Shown piece by piece: positions 12,958-23,373 of a DNA stretch of 54,921 bases. Position 1 is the first letter of the stretch, and each line of letters opens with the position of its first letter. Both the position numbers and the translations under genes were made by a program. The stretch is from Octopus bimaculoides (lineage: Eukaryota): positions 55,275,266 through 55,330,186 of the forward strand of contig NC_068996.1 of NCBI RefSeq assembly GCF_001194135.2. The letters are read 5' to 3'. The notes below the pieces were generated by a model, which did not search any database, was not told where the DNA came from, and saw only the letters and a program-made list of their open reading frames with translations.

Positions 12958-13401
12958 CTGCAAAGAAAAAGAAAAAGAAAAATATAAAACCTATTTTGGT
13001 AATAATGATGTTGGTGTGAAAGAAAAGGATTTCATTCATATGTTTCATGTGTTTTTCTAGGCTAGTATGGGTTAGAGAAGTATCATCAAAGCATCATTTT
13101 ACAACTGGATGCCCTCTCTGATACTCACCCTTTCCTGTTTTACAAGTAAGGGAGATTTCATTACACTTGTGTCCAAAAAACACAAAAAAGCCACATGACA
13201 AGCTGTGGACAGGGAACAACATCCCTACCAGCAGATATCCTCACCTGCAGCTCATTCAAGGATGAGCCCAACGTAGATATCAAAACACAATGGTAATACT
13301 GTGATTTATGACATCTTTCCTTTTTTTTTCATCTTCAGAAAATTCACAAAATTTTTGAAGTATATATATAAAAAAAAAGACAAAAATTTCAGGCAACTTA
13401 C

Positions 13402-13509
13402 CCCAAACCCCTTGCAACAGGATTGAGTTGCTTACACATACAACCACGGACTTCATAGTCAACATCTTGACACAATGACTGGACAATTGGCAATATTTCT
13501 TTTTTAATT
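13402..13509 (-). CDS. PPP4R4: PPP4R4-like coding exon, 108 nt (HEAT repeat)
   Basis: gtatttcag / gtaagt boundaries. IKKEILPIVQSLCQDVDYEVRGCMCKQLNPVARGL(G), similar to IKREILPLVKSLCQDVEYEVRSCMCRQLENIAQGIG. Phase 2 to phase 2. Confidence 0.95.
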
Positions 13510-13669
13510 CTGAAATACAGAAGCAAAACATTTTGTTAATAAGAAATTATTTAAAAACATTTATAAATGAAGGCTACAGAGATAAAAGTTCACAAAATGG
13601 ATAAACCTTTTCATACGGACCCACTTGAGACTACCTCTGCTTCTATGATACCAATTTCTTGTTTTAAAG

Positions 13670-13833
13670 CAGAGGTCTCCAAAGTGGTCGATGGTACTAT
13701 TCAAGGGGGTTGATAAATGTCTGGAAACTGTACATCTACTTAATTATTATTTATTTGTTTATTTTCTTGTACATGCCTGGGGGTCAAGGATTCCATGAAG
13801 GGGTTGATGGTCTAAAAAGTTTGGGGACCCCTG
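13670..13833. mobile_element. hAT-type MITE, 164 bp, nested in an older TTAA-type MITE (about 13603-13915)
   Basis: TIR cagaggtctccaaagt / agtttggggacccctg; 8-bp target duplication ttttaaag / ttttaaac. Confidence 0.88.
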
Positions 13834-14045
13834 TTTTAAACTGATCCAAAATAAAACCTGGGTAAAGCTCCTTGTACTAACTATAACCCAAATCAAACCA
13901 TTAATTAAAAACAAGAACAATAGTAGAAGTCTGATTTAATAAAGATCTGGCTGCCATTTCTAGTATACTGAACGACCATGTTGATTTGTTTTTGACTTTA
14001 TTACAAGATTCAGCATTTTTACATTCCAAAATAATAAATACTTAC

Positions 14046-14152
14046 ACAAACGGGTCAAACTTAGTGGCTATTTTTCCTAATATTTGACAACATGACAGCC
14101 TGGCTTGTACTGATTGGGATAACTGACCCTTTGCTACAGCAGCTGTTAAAAT
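14046..14152 (-). CDS. PPP4R4: PPP4R4-like coding exon, 107 nt
   Basis: atttacag / gtaagt boundaries. ILTAAVAKGQLSQSVQARLSCCQILGKIATKFDPF(V), similar to ILNPLVSKAQLSQTVQSRLVSCKILGKLTNKFDAH. Phase 0 to phase 2. Confidence 0.94.
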
Positions 14153-14329
14153 CTGTAAATGAAGGAGATTTAGTATTTATTACAAAGTAAAACATTAATT
14201 GCATTAAAAGAAACATTAAATGTCAGGAAAAAAAAAAAAAAAAAATTCCTTGTGGGTCTCATTTATGTTCTGTCTTTTAATGAATTGCAACAAAGACATG
14301 TACACTCCAACACACACACACACACAATA

Positions 14330-14700
14330 TCATCATTTAACATCTGCCTTCCATGCTGGCATGGGTTGGACAGCTTCACAGGAGCCAGCCTAGTAGAAGA
14401 CTACACCAGGCTACTGTGTCTCGTTTGGCATGCTTTTTTACAGCTGGATGCCCTTCTAAATGCCAACCACTTCACAGTGTGTACTGGTTGCTTTTTACAT
14501 GTCACCAAGTAACTTGCAAGACAAGGAATTTTGAGAGGGGAGGGGTAATTGGAGGAGGGAATCTAGTGTCAGATGATAAAAGGTTAGAGTGTGACAGAGG
14601 GACAGAAACAGGTGTCTTGCTATAGAGGAGGTATATGGTTACCTGTCCAGAGAGAGAGGAAGAGGAAAAGAGAGAGAGCGAGAGAGAACAAGAAAGAGGA
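14330..14700 (-). mobile_element. Older RTE-type 3'-tail copy with a purine-rich extension
   Basis: catcatttaacatctgccttccatgctggcatgggttgga...gctggatgcccttc. Similar older minus-strand copies at about 5161-5270 and 24158-24700. Confidence 0.75.
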
Positions 14701-14730
14701 CAAAAATAGGTATGAAATATATAAAGGAGA

Positions 14731-14775
<45 letters not shown>

Positions 14776-16030
14776 NNNNNNNNNNCTCACTAAGGGATGG
14801 ATTAGTTATTAAACAGAATAAGCATGTGCTTAGGGTATCAAGGGATGGGGGCACCACAGAAATGGTAAATGGTTTACAGCACAAAAAAAAAAAAGAAAAG
14901 AAAAAATCACTTTAAAGCTGCTAAAGTAATATTTGAAGTAGTTTATTTGACTGCAAATATAATTTTGAAGTGTTCTTGGTGTCATAGTGAAATTCTGATC
15001 AAAGAAAATATGAGAAAACTTTTCAACTATAAATAAAGTGGAAATATACAGAAATAAACATTGTTTTCTATCTAAGTGTTAGATTTTGAAAATTTATTCA
15101 ATGGCTTACTATTGTTTGTATTTTGAATTACATATGTATGAGACGTCACCAAAATCTTCTAAGTGCTTAGGGCCTCTATGAGTCTTAATCCAGTCCTGAC
15201 CTCACTTTACAACACCCTGGGCTTATTTTTCAAGCACAAGATCCAAATTTCATATGAAGTGCAAAAGTTTCTGCTACCATAACCAATGCTTGTGTGTGTT
15301 ACTGAGAAGATTATAGAGAGCAAACAAAAGCTTCTTCTAAGCAAACAACTCTAGACTTGTTTTTTAAAAGAAATTTACAAGTCCGTCTATGAGTGCTTGT
15401 GAATCGGCAAACATGACTAGAAGTGTTGGTGTGTGTGAGTTTAATATTTTTTTATTATAAATGATCTTGACATTCTTTTTACTTTACATAAAATATTCCT
15501 TACATTCTACTGTTGTTTTATTACCATTTATTTACGAGTATTATAAATTTTATTGGTAAAATATTTTTCTGCGAACGAAATACGATTTAGAACATTGCTA
15601 CTATGGGAAATTATTGCTCTCCTTTATGAGTTTTTGCGTTATGAACAGTCTCCAGGGATAAATTAACTTTTATATCGAGACATTNNNNNNNNNNNNNNNN
15701 NNNNNNNNNNNNNNNNNNNNNNNNNNNNNNNNNNNNNNNNNNNNNNNNNNNNNNNNNNNNNNNNNNNNNNNNNNNNNNNNNNNNNNNNNNNNNNNNNNNN
15801 NNNNNNNNNNNNNNNNNNNNNNNNNNNNNNNATATATATACTAAAATTAATTTATATCTATTGAATCTCTCCATTTTAAAACTTAATAATATTTAATATT
15901 TTATCATATATTCATTGATGAAATATCTCTTCAAAATGCAGTATATTAAACCAGGATATCTTGGATAAAAATATTCCTGTAAGAGGTCTAAATATCCTCA
16001 TAGTGACATATATATATATATATATATATA

Positions 16031-16760
16031 AATATCATCATCGTTTAACGTCCGCTTTCCATGCTAGCATGGGTTGGACGGTTTGACTGAGGACTGGCAA
16101 GCCAGAAGGCTGCACCAGGCTCCAAACTGATCTGGCAGAGTTTCTATGGCTGGATGCCCTTCCTAACGCCAACCACTCCGACAGTGTAGTGGGTGCTTTT
16201 ACGTGCCACTGGCACGAGGGCCAGTAAGGCGACGCTGGTAACAGCCATGCTCAAATGGTGCTTTTTACGTGTCACCTGCATAGGAGCCAGTCAGCACTGG
16301 CAACCACCTTGCTTGTATGCGGTTTTTCACGTGCCAGTAAGGCTCGTAATGATCACGCTTGAATGGTGCTTTTTACGTGCTACTGTCATGATCACGCTCG
16401 GATGGTGCTCTTAAAGTTCCACTAGCATGGATGCCAGTCATGTGGTGCTGTCATCAGCCACATCAGCGAATTTGATTTTGATTTCATTTGCCTCAACAGG
16501 TCTTCACAAGCAGAGTTTAGTGTCCAATGAAGGAAAGGTACTCTTAAATGGACTGGTTATACAGCACTGGCATAGGCCACGGGTTATGGTCTCACTTGGC
16601 TTGTTGGGTCTTCTGAAGCACAGCATATTTCCAAAGGTCTCGGTCACTAGTCATTGCCTCGGTGAGGCCTAATGTTCGAAGGTTGTGCTTCAACACCACA
16701 CCGCAGGTCTTCCTGGGTCTACCTCTTCCACAGGTTCCCTCAACCTAGCAGTTGAGGGAA
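16031..16760 (-). mobile_element. RTE LINE, 5'-truncated (last codons plus 3'UTR)
   Basis: Begins with the reverse-complement tail catcatcgtttaacgtccgc next to (TA)n; reverse complement of the GTCGRGRPRKT coding sequence near 16700-16745. Confidence 0.92.
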
Positions 16761-16766
16761 AATATA

Positions 16767-17643
16767 TAAGGTCTCATCAATAAGTATCCGGACTGTTGCC
16801 ACAGTAACAATGCTAAAGCACACAGAATGAAGTCACTTAGCACAGACTGACCTTGACCTCTGCCCTGCATGCACAATAAGTTTTAACATTCTAGCTCATT
16901 TCCACTGTTTACGGCAGTGCTTCAGAATAACATGTGGATTGTTGTATTGACCATGACAGAGAAAGTTGTCATGGTGATACCTGCTCAGGGGTCTATGCAA
17001 AGTTGAAAAGAGTGTATGGAGATGGGTGTTTGAGCTGCACACAAGTGTATGAGTGGTTCAGACGTTTCCAAGATGGTTGAAAAATGTTGATAGTGACGAA
17101 CATTTTAGGAGACCCACAGAGAGCAGAACTGAGAAAAACATTGCAGATGTGCGTGCAGCTGTGAGGGGAAATTGTCAAAACACCATCTGCGAGTTATCAG
17201 AGGACGTGAAGATTAGCTACAGTTCACTTCAGTCCATTATTACTGAAAATTTGGACATGAGATGTGTGCCTGCTAAGTTTGTGCCAAAACTACTTTCAGC
17301 TGACCAAAAAGACATGCGGGTTTCAGTTGCATAAGATCTCTTTCATTGTATTGGGAATGATGAAAACTTTTTGGAAACTTTATGTAGGCCTCTGAGCTGG
17401 CATCACCAAACTTTTGGCAAAATTTTTGGCAGATTTTCTGCTCAACTTTCTCCGTCATGGTCAATGCACCCTACACATGTTACTTCCAAGCATTGCTGTA
17501 AACAGTGGAAGTGAGCTAGAATGTTAAAACTTAGTATTCATGCACAGCAGAGTTCAAGGTGAATCTGTGCCAAACAGCTTCACTCTGTGTATTTTAGCTT
17601 TGTTACTATGGCAAAAGTCCGGATACTTATTGATCAGACCATG
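16767..17643. mobile_element. Mariner derivative with both arms from the 5' end; carries an N-terminal transposase remnant
   Basis: TA-flanked TIR (g)gtct(c/g)atcaataagtatccggact. Plus strand reads YAKLKRVYGDGCLSCTQVYEWFRRFQDG...RPTESRTEKNIADVRAAV...DMRCVPAKFVPKLLSADQK (HTH plus a WVPxxL-like linker). The right ~250 bp is the reverse complement of the left arm. Confidence 0.9.
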
Positions 17644-17724
17644 TAGTTTGCAACAGTTATGAATATTAAAGGATTAATTAAACCTTAAAGGATAAATGTT
17701 GAATAAATTGGTGTGTGTATGTTT

Positions 17725-17825
17725 GTTATGTATGGTGTGTGTGTGTGTGTGTGTGTATATATGTGTGTGTGTGTGTGTATGTATATATGTGTGTGTGTGT
17801 GTATGTATATATGTGTGTGTGTGTG

Positions 17826-17869
<44 letters not shown>

Positions 17870-17876
17870 TACACAC
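17725..17876. repeat. Compound (TG)n/(TA)n microsatellite with a ~22-bp higher-order unit
   Basis: atatatgtgtgtgtgtgtgtatgt-like units followed by (TA)n and (CA)n. Other microsatellites: (TA)n 7165-7208, 14724-14773, 32447-32489; (GA)n 27715-27745, 36840-36933; (ATA)n 37462-37509; (CA)n 50944-50985. Confidence 0.9.
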
Positions 17877-18105
17877 AATATTATGAATGTTACAGAATCA
17901 AACAGTTGATATTTGCAACTTATATGTATTTAAAGAGAATAATACTTCATGTTAAATATACATTACTACTACCACTACTGCTGCTGTTAATTTTAAGAGG
18001 AAATAGTCAATATTAAAAAACAAAACAAAGCAAAAAAAAAACGAAGTAAAAGGTTTGTGTTGGGATGCTTTGGTAATTTTAATTAAAAAAAATTAATATA
18101 CTTAC

Positions 18106-18179
18106 TTCTTTTTGGATAACTGTTTTTGGTAATAGATCAATAACATCAAGTAAGGTTCCAAGCCATGCACTTGAGATAT
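18106..18179 (-). CDS. PPP4R4: PPP4R4-like coding exon, 74 nt
   Basis: gtttttaag / gtaagt boundaries. (D)ISSAWLGTLLDVIDLLPKTVIQKE, similar to VSNAWLETLLSVIEVLPKETLRHE. Phase 1 to phase 0. Confidence 0.93.
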
Positions 18180-18340
18180 CTTAAAAACAATACAAGCATA
18201 CACACACGTATATATTTATATCTATACATATGGTAATGTAATATAACAATAATAGAATATATCAACACTATATTTCATATAGCGCAAGTTTTATCTAGAA
18301 TAGGACTTAATACACCAAATTGAGAGGACATATTTATTTC

Positions 18341-18526
18341 ATCAAAGTTGACCGCCTCTCACACTAAAACTGTCATCACCCACTTCCTCATATATTCCAC
18401 ACAATATCCATCCTGTTACACCTAACTTTAACTGAACCCTGTACGAACACCAGTTCCGTCTCTGGTCTTCACAGTTGTGAATAGCATGGCTAAAGGTGAA
18501 ATTCAGAATAGGCTGTCAACTTTGAT
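18341..18526. mobile_element. Possible small MITE
   Basis: 17-bp inverted ends atcaaagttgaccgcct / aggctgtcaactttgat with one mismatch; only one intact TA flank. Confidence 0.5.
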
Positions 18527-18566
<40 letters not shown>

Positions 18567-20007
18567 TTCAGAGTATGATCCAATAATAATTCATTTTACA
18601 ATAAAAATCTGTTCCCACAATCATTGTCTTTTCCTATATCCAGTTTTAAATATTTAAGGGGAATCAATACCATTCAGTTATTCAACACCCATTTTAGTTT
18701 TTTCATGGTTTGGACAGGGATTAATCTTGAGGCAGAATTTTACAACTGAATGTTCTTCCTATCACTGACCCCACCTGTTTTTCAGGTAAAGAATTTTTAT
18801 ACATACCACAGGTCACCAAAAATAGCAAGGCAACCACTCATAATGTCAACATGTAATGACTACATCACTTTACTTAAATGACGACAGCATGGAGTATCAA
18901 CAGTCTTATACACATGCACATATATGATGGTGTAATATGGTTTCTGTCCACCAAATTCCTTCATAAAGCATTGGTCAGCTGAGAGTAAGAGTAAAAGATA
19001 TTTGCCCAAAGTGCGATTTAGAGAAACTGAACCTAAATGCATTTAGTTGAGAAGCAAAATTATTAACCACATTGCTATAAACATAACACTGGTTTCTGCT
19101 TTTCAGTCTTGCCACATCACATCTGTGAAATTCCATATTTCTTAGATTTAACCAAACCATTCCAGCTCAAAAATTACAGAGATGAATTGTTAATATGATT
19201 ACACATGTTTGAATAATTAATCTCATTTTTAGAGTCAAACAATTTTTTCACAATATCATTTACATATATAACATGTTTTCATTTACAGTTGTTATGAAGT
19301 GACTTGTTCTTAGATATGTATATAACTTCAGACAAAATTTGAACTAAAAATCTTTATTTGAAAACTATGAGAACTAATGTTATTATCTACTAAGCTATTG
19401 ATGCATGTGAAGTGTAAATGCCTCTGTTCAGAAGCTAAGGTTCCATATTCAAATATAGTCAGGTACAGCACACGCACGCATGCACCTCTACTGCATACTG
19501 TACTTTCATTTCATTATGTTTTAAGCATACATCGTCTCTTCCCTTTATAGGTCCATACATATATGCAGTGACTCTAAAATGGTGTACTACTGCGACACAC
19601 TAATGCACCACAAGCAATATCTAAGTGCAGAGCATGCATAGCTGTCACTTGTGAGCAACTATGAATTAGAAGAAAGCTCTATACTTTCACTAGTTGTCTT
19701 AGGTGCTGCTAAATGAGAACAAACACAGATGCTCATGTGGCCTTCCACCTGTCACTTAAAAGAACATCCAAGGTGTAACAACTAACGGGGACTGGGTAGC
19801 TCCAACACTCAACTACATTCCAGCTGGAGCAATGCAAAATGTAATGTTCAAGGAGAGAAATCATTTCAGAAAATCTGAACAAAAGTTTAGAAAATTTCTA
19901 AAATTTTAACTCTACGAAGTGTATCAGTAATATTTACATTTCCAAGCAAAGAACAACAATAATATTTTGCTTATTTCCACCATGAAGTCAAAAATATGGA
20001 GAACCAC

Positions 20008-20080
20008 AGAGCTTTGGCACAATGGATAATGTATCTGACTACAAATCAGAAGAGTCTGGGTTCAACCCTTGGCAAGACCC
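20008..20080 (+). pseudogene. tRNA-Arg(ACG)-derived pseudogene or SINE head
   Basis: tggcacaatggataatgtatctgactacaaatcagaagagtctgggttcaacccttggc aligns without gaps to metazoan tRNA-Arg(ACG). It shows CpG decay (anticodon ACG to ACA) and a broken acceptor stem, and is followed by a T7 run. Confidence 0.8.
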
Positions 20081-20773
20081 AATTCTTTTTTTGTTGTAGT
20101 ATACCTGAGCGCTGTGTATAATATTCTCATTATTATTCTTTTAATGCCTGCTGTGGGGCTGCTTTCACAAGTCATTTTATATTCAAAGGTCTTATATCTC
20201 TTGTACTCAATAAACTATAATTCATTCCCCATTCTTTAACATTTTTTTGATTTTTACAGCTTTGTCAAGGAAGGCACAATTTTTTCAGGGTCTCTGAGGC
20301 TGGTGGAAGGAAGGGATTCAGTTATCCCTAAACCAGGGACCTGAACAAATACAGGCTCTCTACATTAACTACTATATAACATTTCAATTATTACACAAGC
20401 TACACACCAAAGAACTTTAATTCAAACAATGTGAATATTTCAATATTCATATTGGAAATGGTGTGAAGATATAGGAAAACCAATGTATCAATGAGTTAAC
20501 CATATTTATTACCCCCTGTCCCTGGTTCTGAATACGATGCATGATTGTCCATTTTAAAAATGCTTAAATTCAAATTAGAATCTTCCATCATTACTTTAAG
20601 TAGTACCATTTCACTAACCTCTTCTGTTGCCATATTTCTGTTGAAATACAATGTCTTTGTTTCAATTAATTTTGAAAATAATAAAGAATTTAGTAAAATA
20701 ACTGTCTTGATTAAACTGGTGTTTGGAACAAATTAACACGAAATTTTGCTGGAAGGTTTTTAGATGACTTTAA

Positions 20774-20993
20774 CCCTTTAGCATTCAAACTGGCCATATC
20801 TGGCCCAAATATTCTACCTGTTTTATGTTTAAACCAGCCAGATCCAGCCTCTCACACCCACCCTACAATGTCATTCTAAAAATAAACAGTTACATCTTCA
20901 AAATCTGAAAGCTATGAGATAAAGCATGATTAATTCAAAACAATGTGGATAAACAAGTATTAAATTTGAAAGAGTAATTTGAATGTTTAAGGG
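20774..20993 (+). mobile_element. piggyBac-like MITE family A, 220 bp
   Basis: TTAA|ccctttagcattc ... gaatgtttaaggg|TTAA. Related copies at 21982-22203 (opposite strand), about 25400-25690 (internally duplicated) and about 6835-7055. Confidence 0.82.
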
Positions 20994-21981
20994 TTAAAAC
21001 TGGGAAATTTGTATTGAACTAAAGTGTGGTCTCAAGTGGGTTGGTATAAAAGGGGTAAGTCATATTTCAAATACTAGTTTAATAATGAAAAATTTAGTCA
21101 TTTCATTAAGTTCCTCCAAATAGTGTTGATTACTTTTAAAATTGATTAAAATATCATTAGTGTATTTCATGAAAAAATATGGCTACAAAAGGGTTAAGCA
21201 GAATTAAAAGTGAACAAAAACACTGTTTTGTAAACTGGACATTTATAGAAATTTGGAAACTAATCTGATACAGAAATTCAATTTCTTCCCAGAAGAACAT
21301 TATTATTGGTAAAATGACCTTCCCAACGTACAATATTATACTATTGTCTTAGATATAATTAGATTCGCTGAGAAATTTAATATGTTATTTATTTACATAG
21401 ACTTGGAAACTAATCATAGTTACCTAATTTCTTTCCATAAAAGCATACACATCGTTACAACTATTGTATTATATATATAATTAGGTATATTGAGAAATCT
21501 ATATAATAAGATATTTCTACTGTAGGATCAATGTTTCCCATCAGTATCTGCCATTTCAATCAATATACAATCTACGAGATGTAAGTGATTACTCTGTATG
21601 GTCACAATGATTGTTAGAAAGAGCAGTTGGGTCTCCCTCAAATCATGCTCCACCATCTAAAGGATGGAAGGAAATGTATATCAAAGATAATGTAGCTCTG
21701 GGATCATTTTACCTTAAGAAAAGATGGGATAGTCATGGCTGGAATAACTTTGATCATAAGTCTGCATAAGGTCTAGCTAGCCTTGTGCTACATAAACACA
21801 TGAAATCTGATTCACAAGTCAATGCGAAGGAGACACCCATAAGTAGTTATATCAGATTTCTAGATATTTTTATGGAATATCCACACCCAGAGACTCTTCT
21901 GAATCACTACAGAAGCGGTTTAACTGTTGCCTTCCTTTAAAATTTGGTATTTTTCTTTCAGGATTAATAGAACTTATTTAA

Positions 21982-22203
21982 CTCTTCAGCATTCGGGTTA
22001 TTCTGTCAAATGTAATGCTTAATTTATTCATTTTTGCTTTGAATTAATCCTTGCATCATATTATAATTTCAAGATTTCAATGATGTGATTGTATATTTTT
22101 TGAATGACATTGTAAAGGAGGCATGGAGGTCAGATCTGACCAGTTTGGACATAAAACAGGAAGAATATTTGGGTTGGATATTGCTGGTTTAAATGCTAAA
22201 GGG
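21982..22203 (-). mobile_element. piggyBac-like MITE family A, reverse copy
   Basis: TTAA|ctcttcagcattc ... aaatgctaaaggg|TTAG; the body is the reverse complement of 20774-20993. Confidence 0.78.
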
Positions 22204-22335
22204 TTAGGTGGACTGAGCCATTTTGGGGTTTAAGAATTCTAGCTTCTGCTGACAGCTGTGAACAATTCCATTTGAGGAACTCACATACAGCAAGATGTGG
22301 TATTGGGAGTTAGGTTTAATATTTACAAAAAAGAT

Positions 22336-22518
22336 TGCTGTAGGCAGCAGGATTTGATCTGTGATCTCTCGGTGGGAGGTCTGCTACTCTATCCATTAAG
22401 ACAACTTTGGTATCACATACAGCAAGACTTATAAGATTGTCAGGAGGTATGTGTAATAATTATAAAAGGACTGCTGTGGACAGGACTTGAACTGTAACCT
22501 CTCAGATGTCCACTACTC
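22336..22518 (-). pseudogene. Two decayed tRNA-like units inside a 132-bp tandem duplication
   Basis: Reverse complement gtcttaatggatagagtagcagacc...cagatcaaatcctgctgc (tRNA-Arg-like), plus a second unit ...acagttcaagtcctgtcc. tcacatacagcaaga recurs at 22281 and 22413. Confidence 0.5.
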
Positions 22519-23225
22519 ATAAGGTCATTTGTGGTCTTATTCCATTCTATGGACTTTCATCATTTCTGTCTGTTAAATTTCACTGTCAAGTTTTGGTTGA
22601 CCTAAGGCAATGGTAGAAGACAACTGGTACAAAGTACCATGTGGTGCGATTGAACCTAGAACCACATAGTTATGAAGCAAACTTTTTCTTCACACAAACA
22701 TGGCTACTAATGACTGCATTCGTTGGATCTCCATTGCTCTATATTGCAAAAATATGAAAAATAATGAGGATGACTGAGATGGAATCATTTCACCATAATT
22801 CTTTGCTTCCTCATTCCCTGACACCCTGCCACACACAACTTTACAAAAGATGCAAACCAAGTCTTTATCTTATAAAATGATCTTTGAGGCATGTTTGGAT
22901 CTTTGGTACTTAGAATGAACTGAAGAGTTTCTATTAACACTTTAGAAACTTATCTTAAAAACAGCAGGTCTTGGAAAAATTCCAATGTTGGGTAATTACT
23001 CATGTCCTAGTGATAGCAATGCAAACTGAAGATACAACAGTAAATTTTATGATGCTCCCACTGCCGACAGTGATGATTCCACTGTGGTACCAAGTTACAG
23101 AAATGTGTGTGTGTGTGTCTTTTTTTTAATTAGTTGTTTCATTCTTTGAACTGTGGCCATGTGTAATAATTACAAAGGTATGTCTTTATAAAGTGCATAA
23201 TGAAGGTTTTTTTTCCTTAATTTAC

Positions 23226-23373
23226 CTGGATTTTTGTTGTCAATACTAGTAAGAATGGTTTGTAAAAACGTTTGTGCATAGTTCTGTACTGCAACCTGTT
23301 CTTTCTGTAATATTTGGAGAAATGCTGTTGATGCAGCCCGTTGTATGTCTGCTTGGGCATAATTCAAAACCTC
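23226..23373 (-). CDS. PPP4R4: PPP4R4-like coding exon, 148 nt
   Basis: ttaattag / gtaaat boundaries. EVLNYAQADIQRAASTAFLQILQKEQVAVQNYAQTFLQTILTSIDNKNP(G), similar to EALHVAGVEMQLTAAMSFLTILQDE...FLQVILLHLEHRDT. Phase 0 to phase 1. Confidence 0.92.

Noticed and set aside
17674-18016. Cys/Val/Tyr- and His/Thr-rich ORFs (also at 36699-36941, 37427-37699, 51370-51570)
   Set aside because: Translations of microsatellites.
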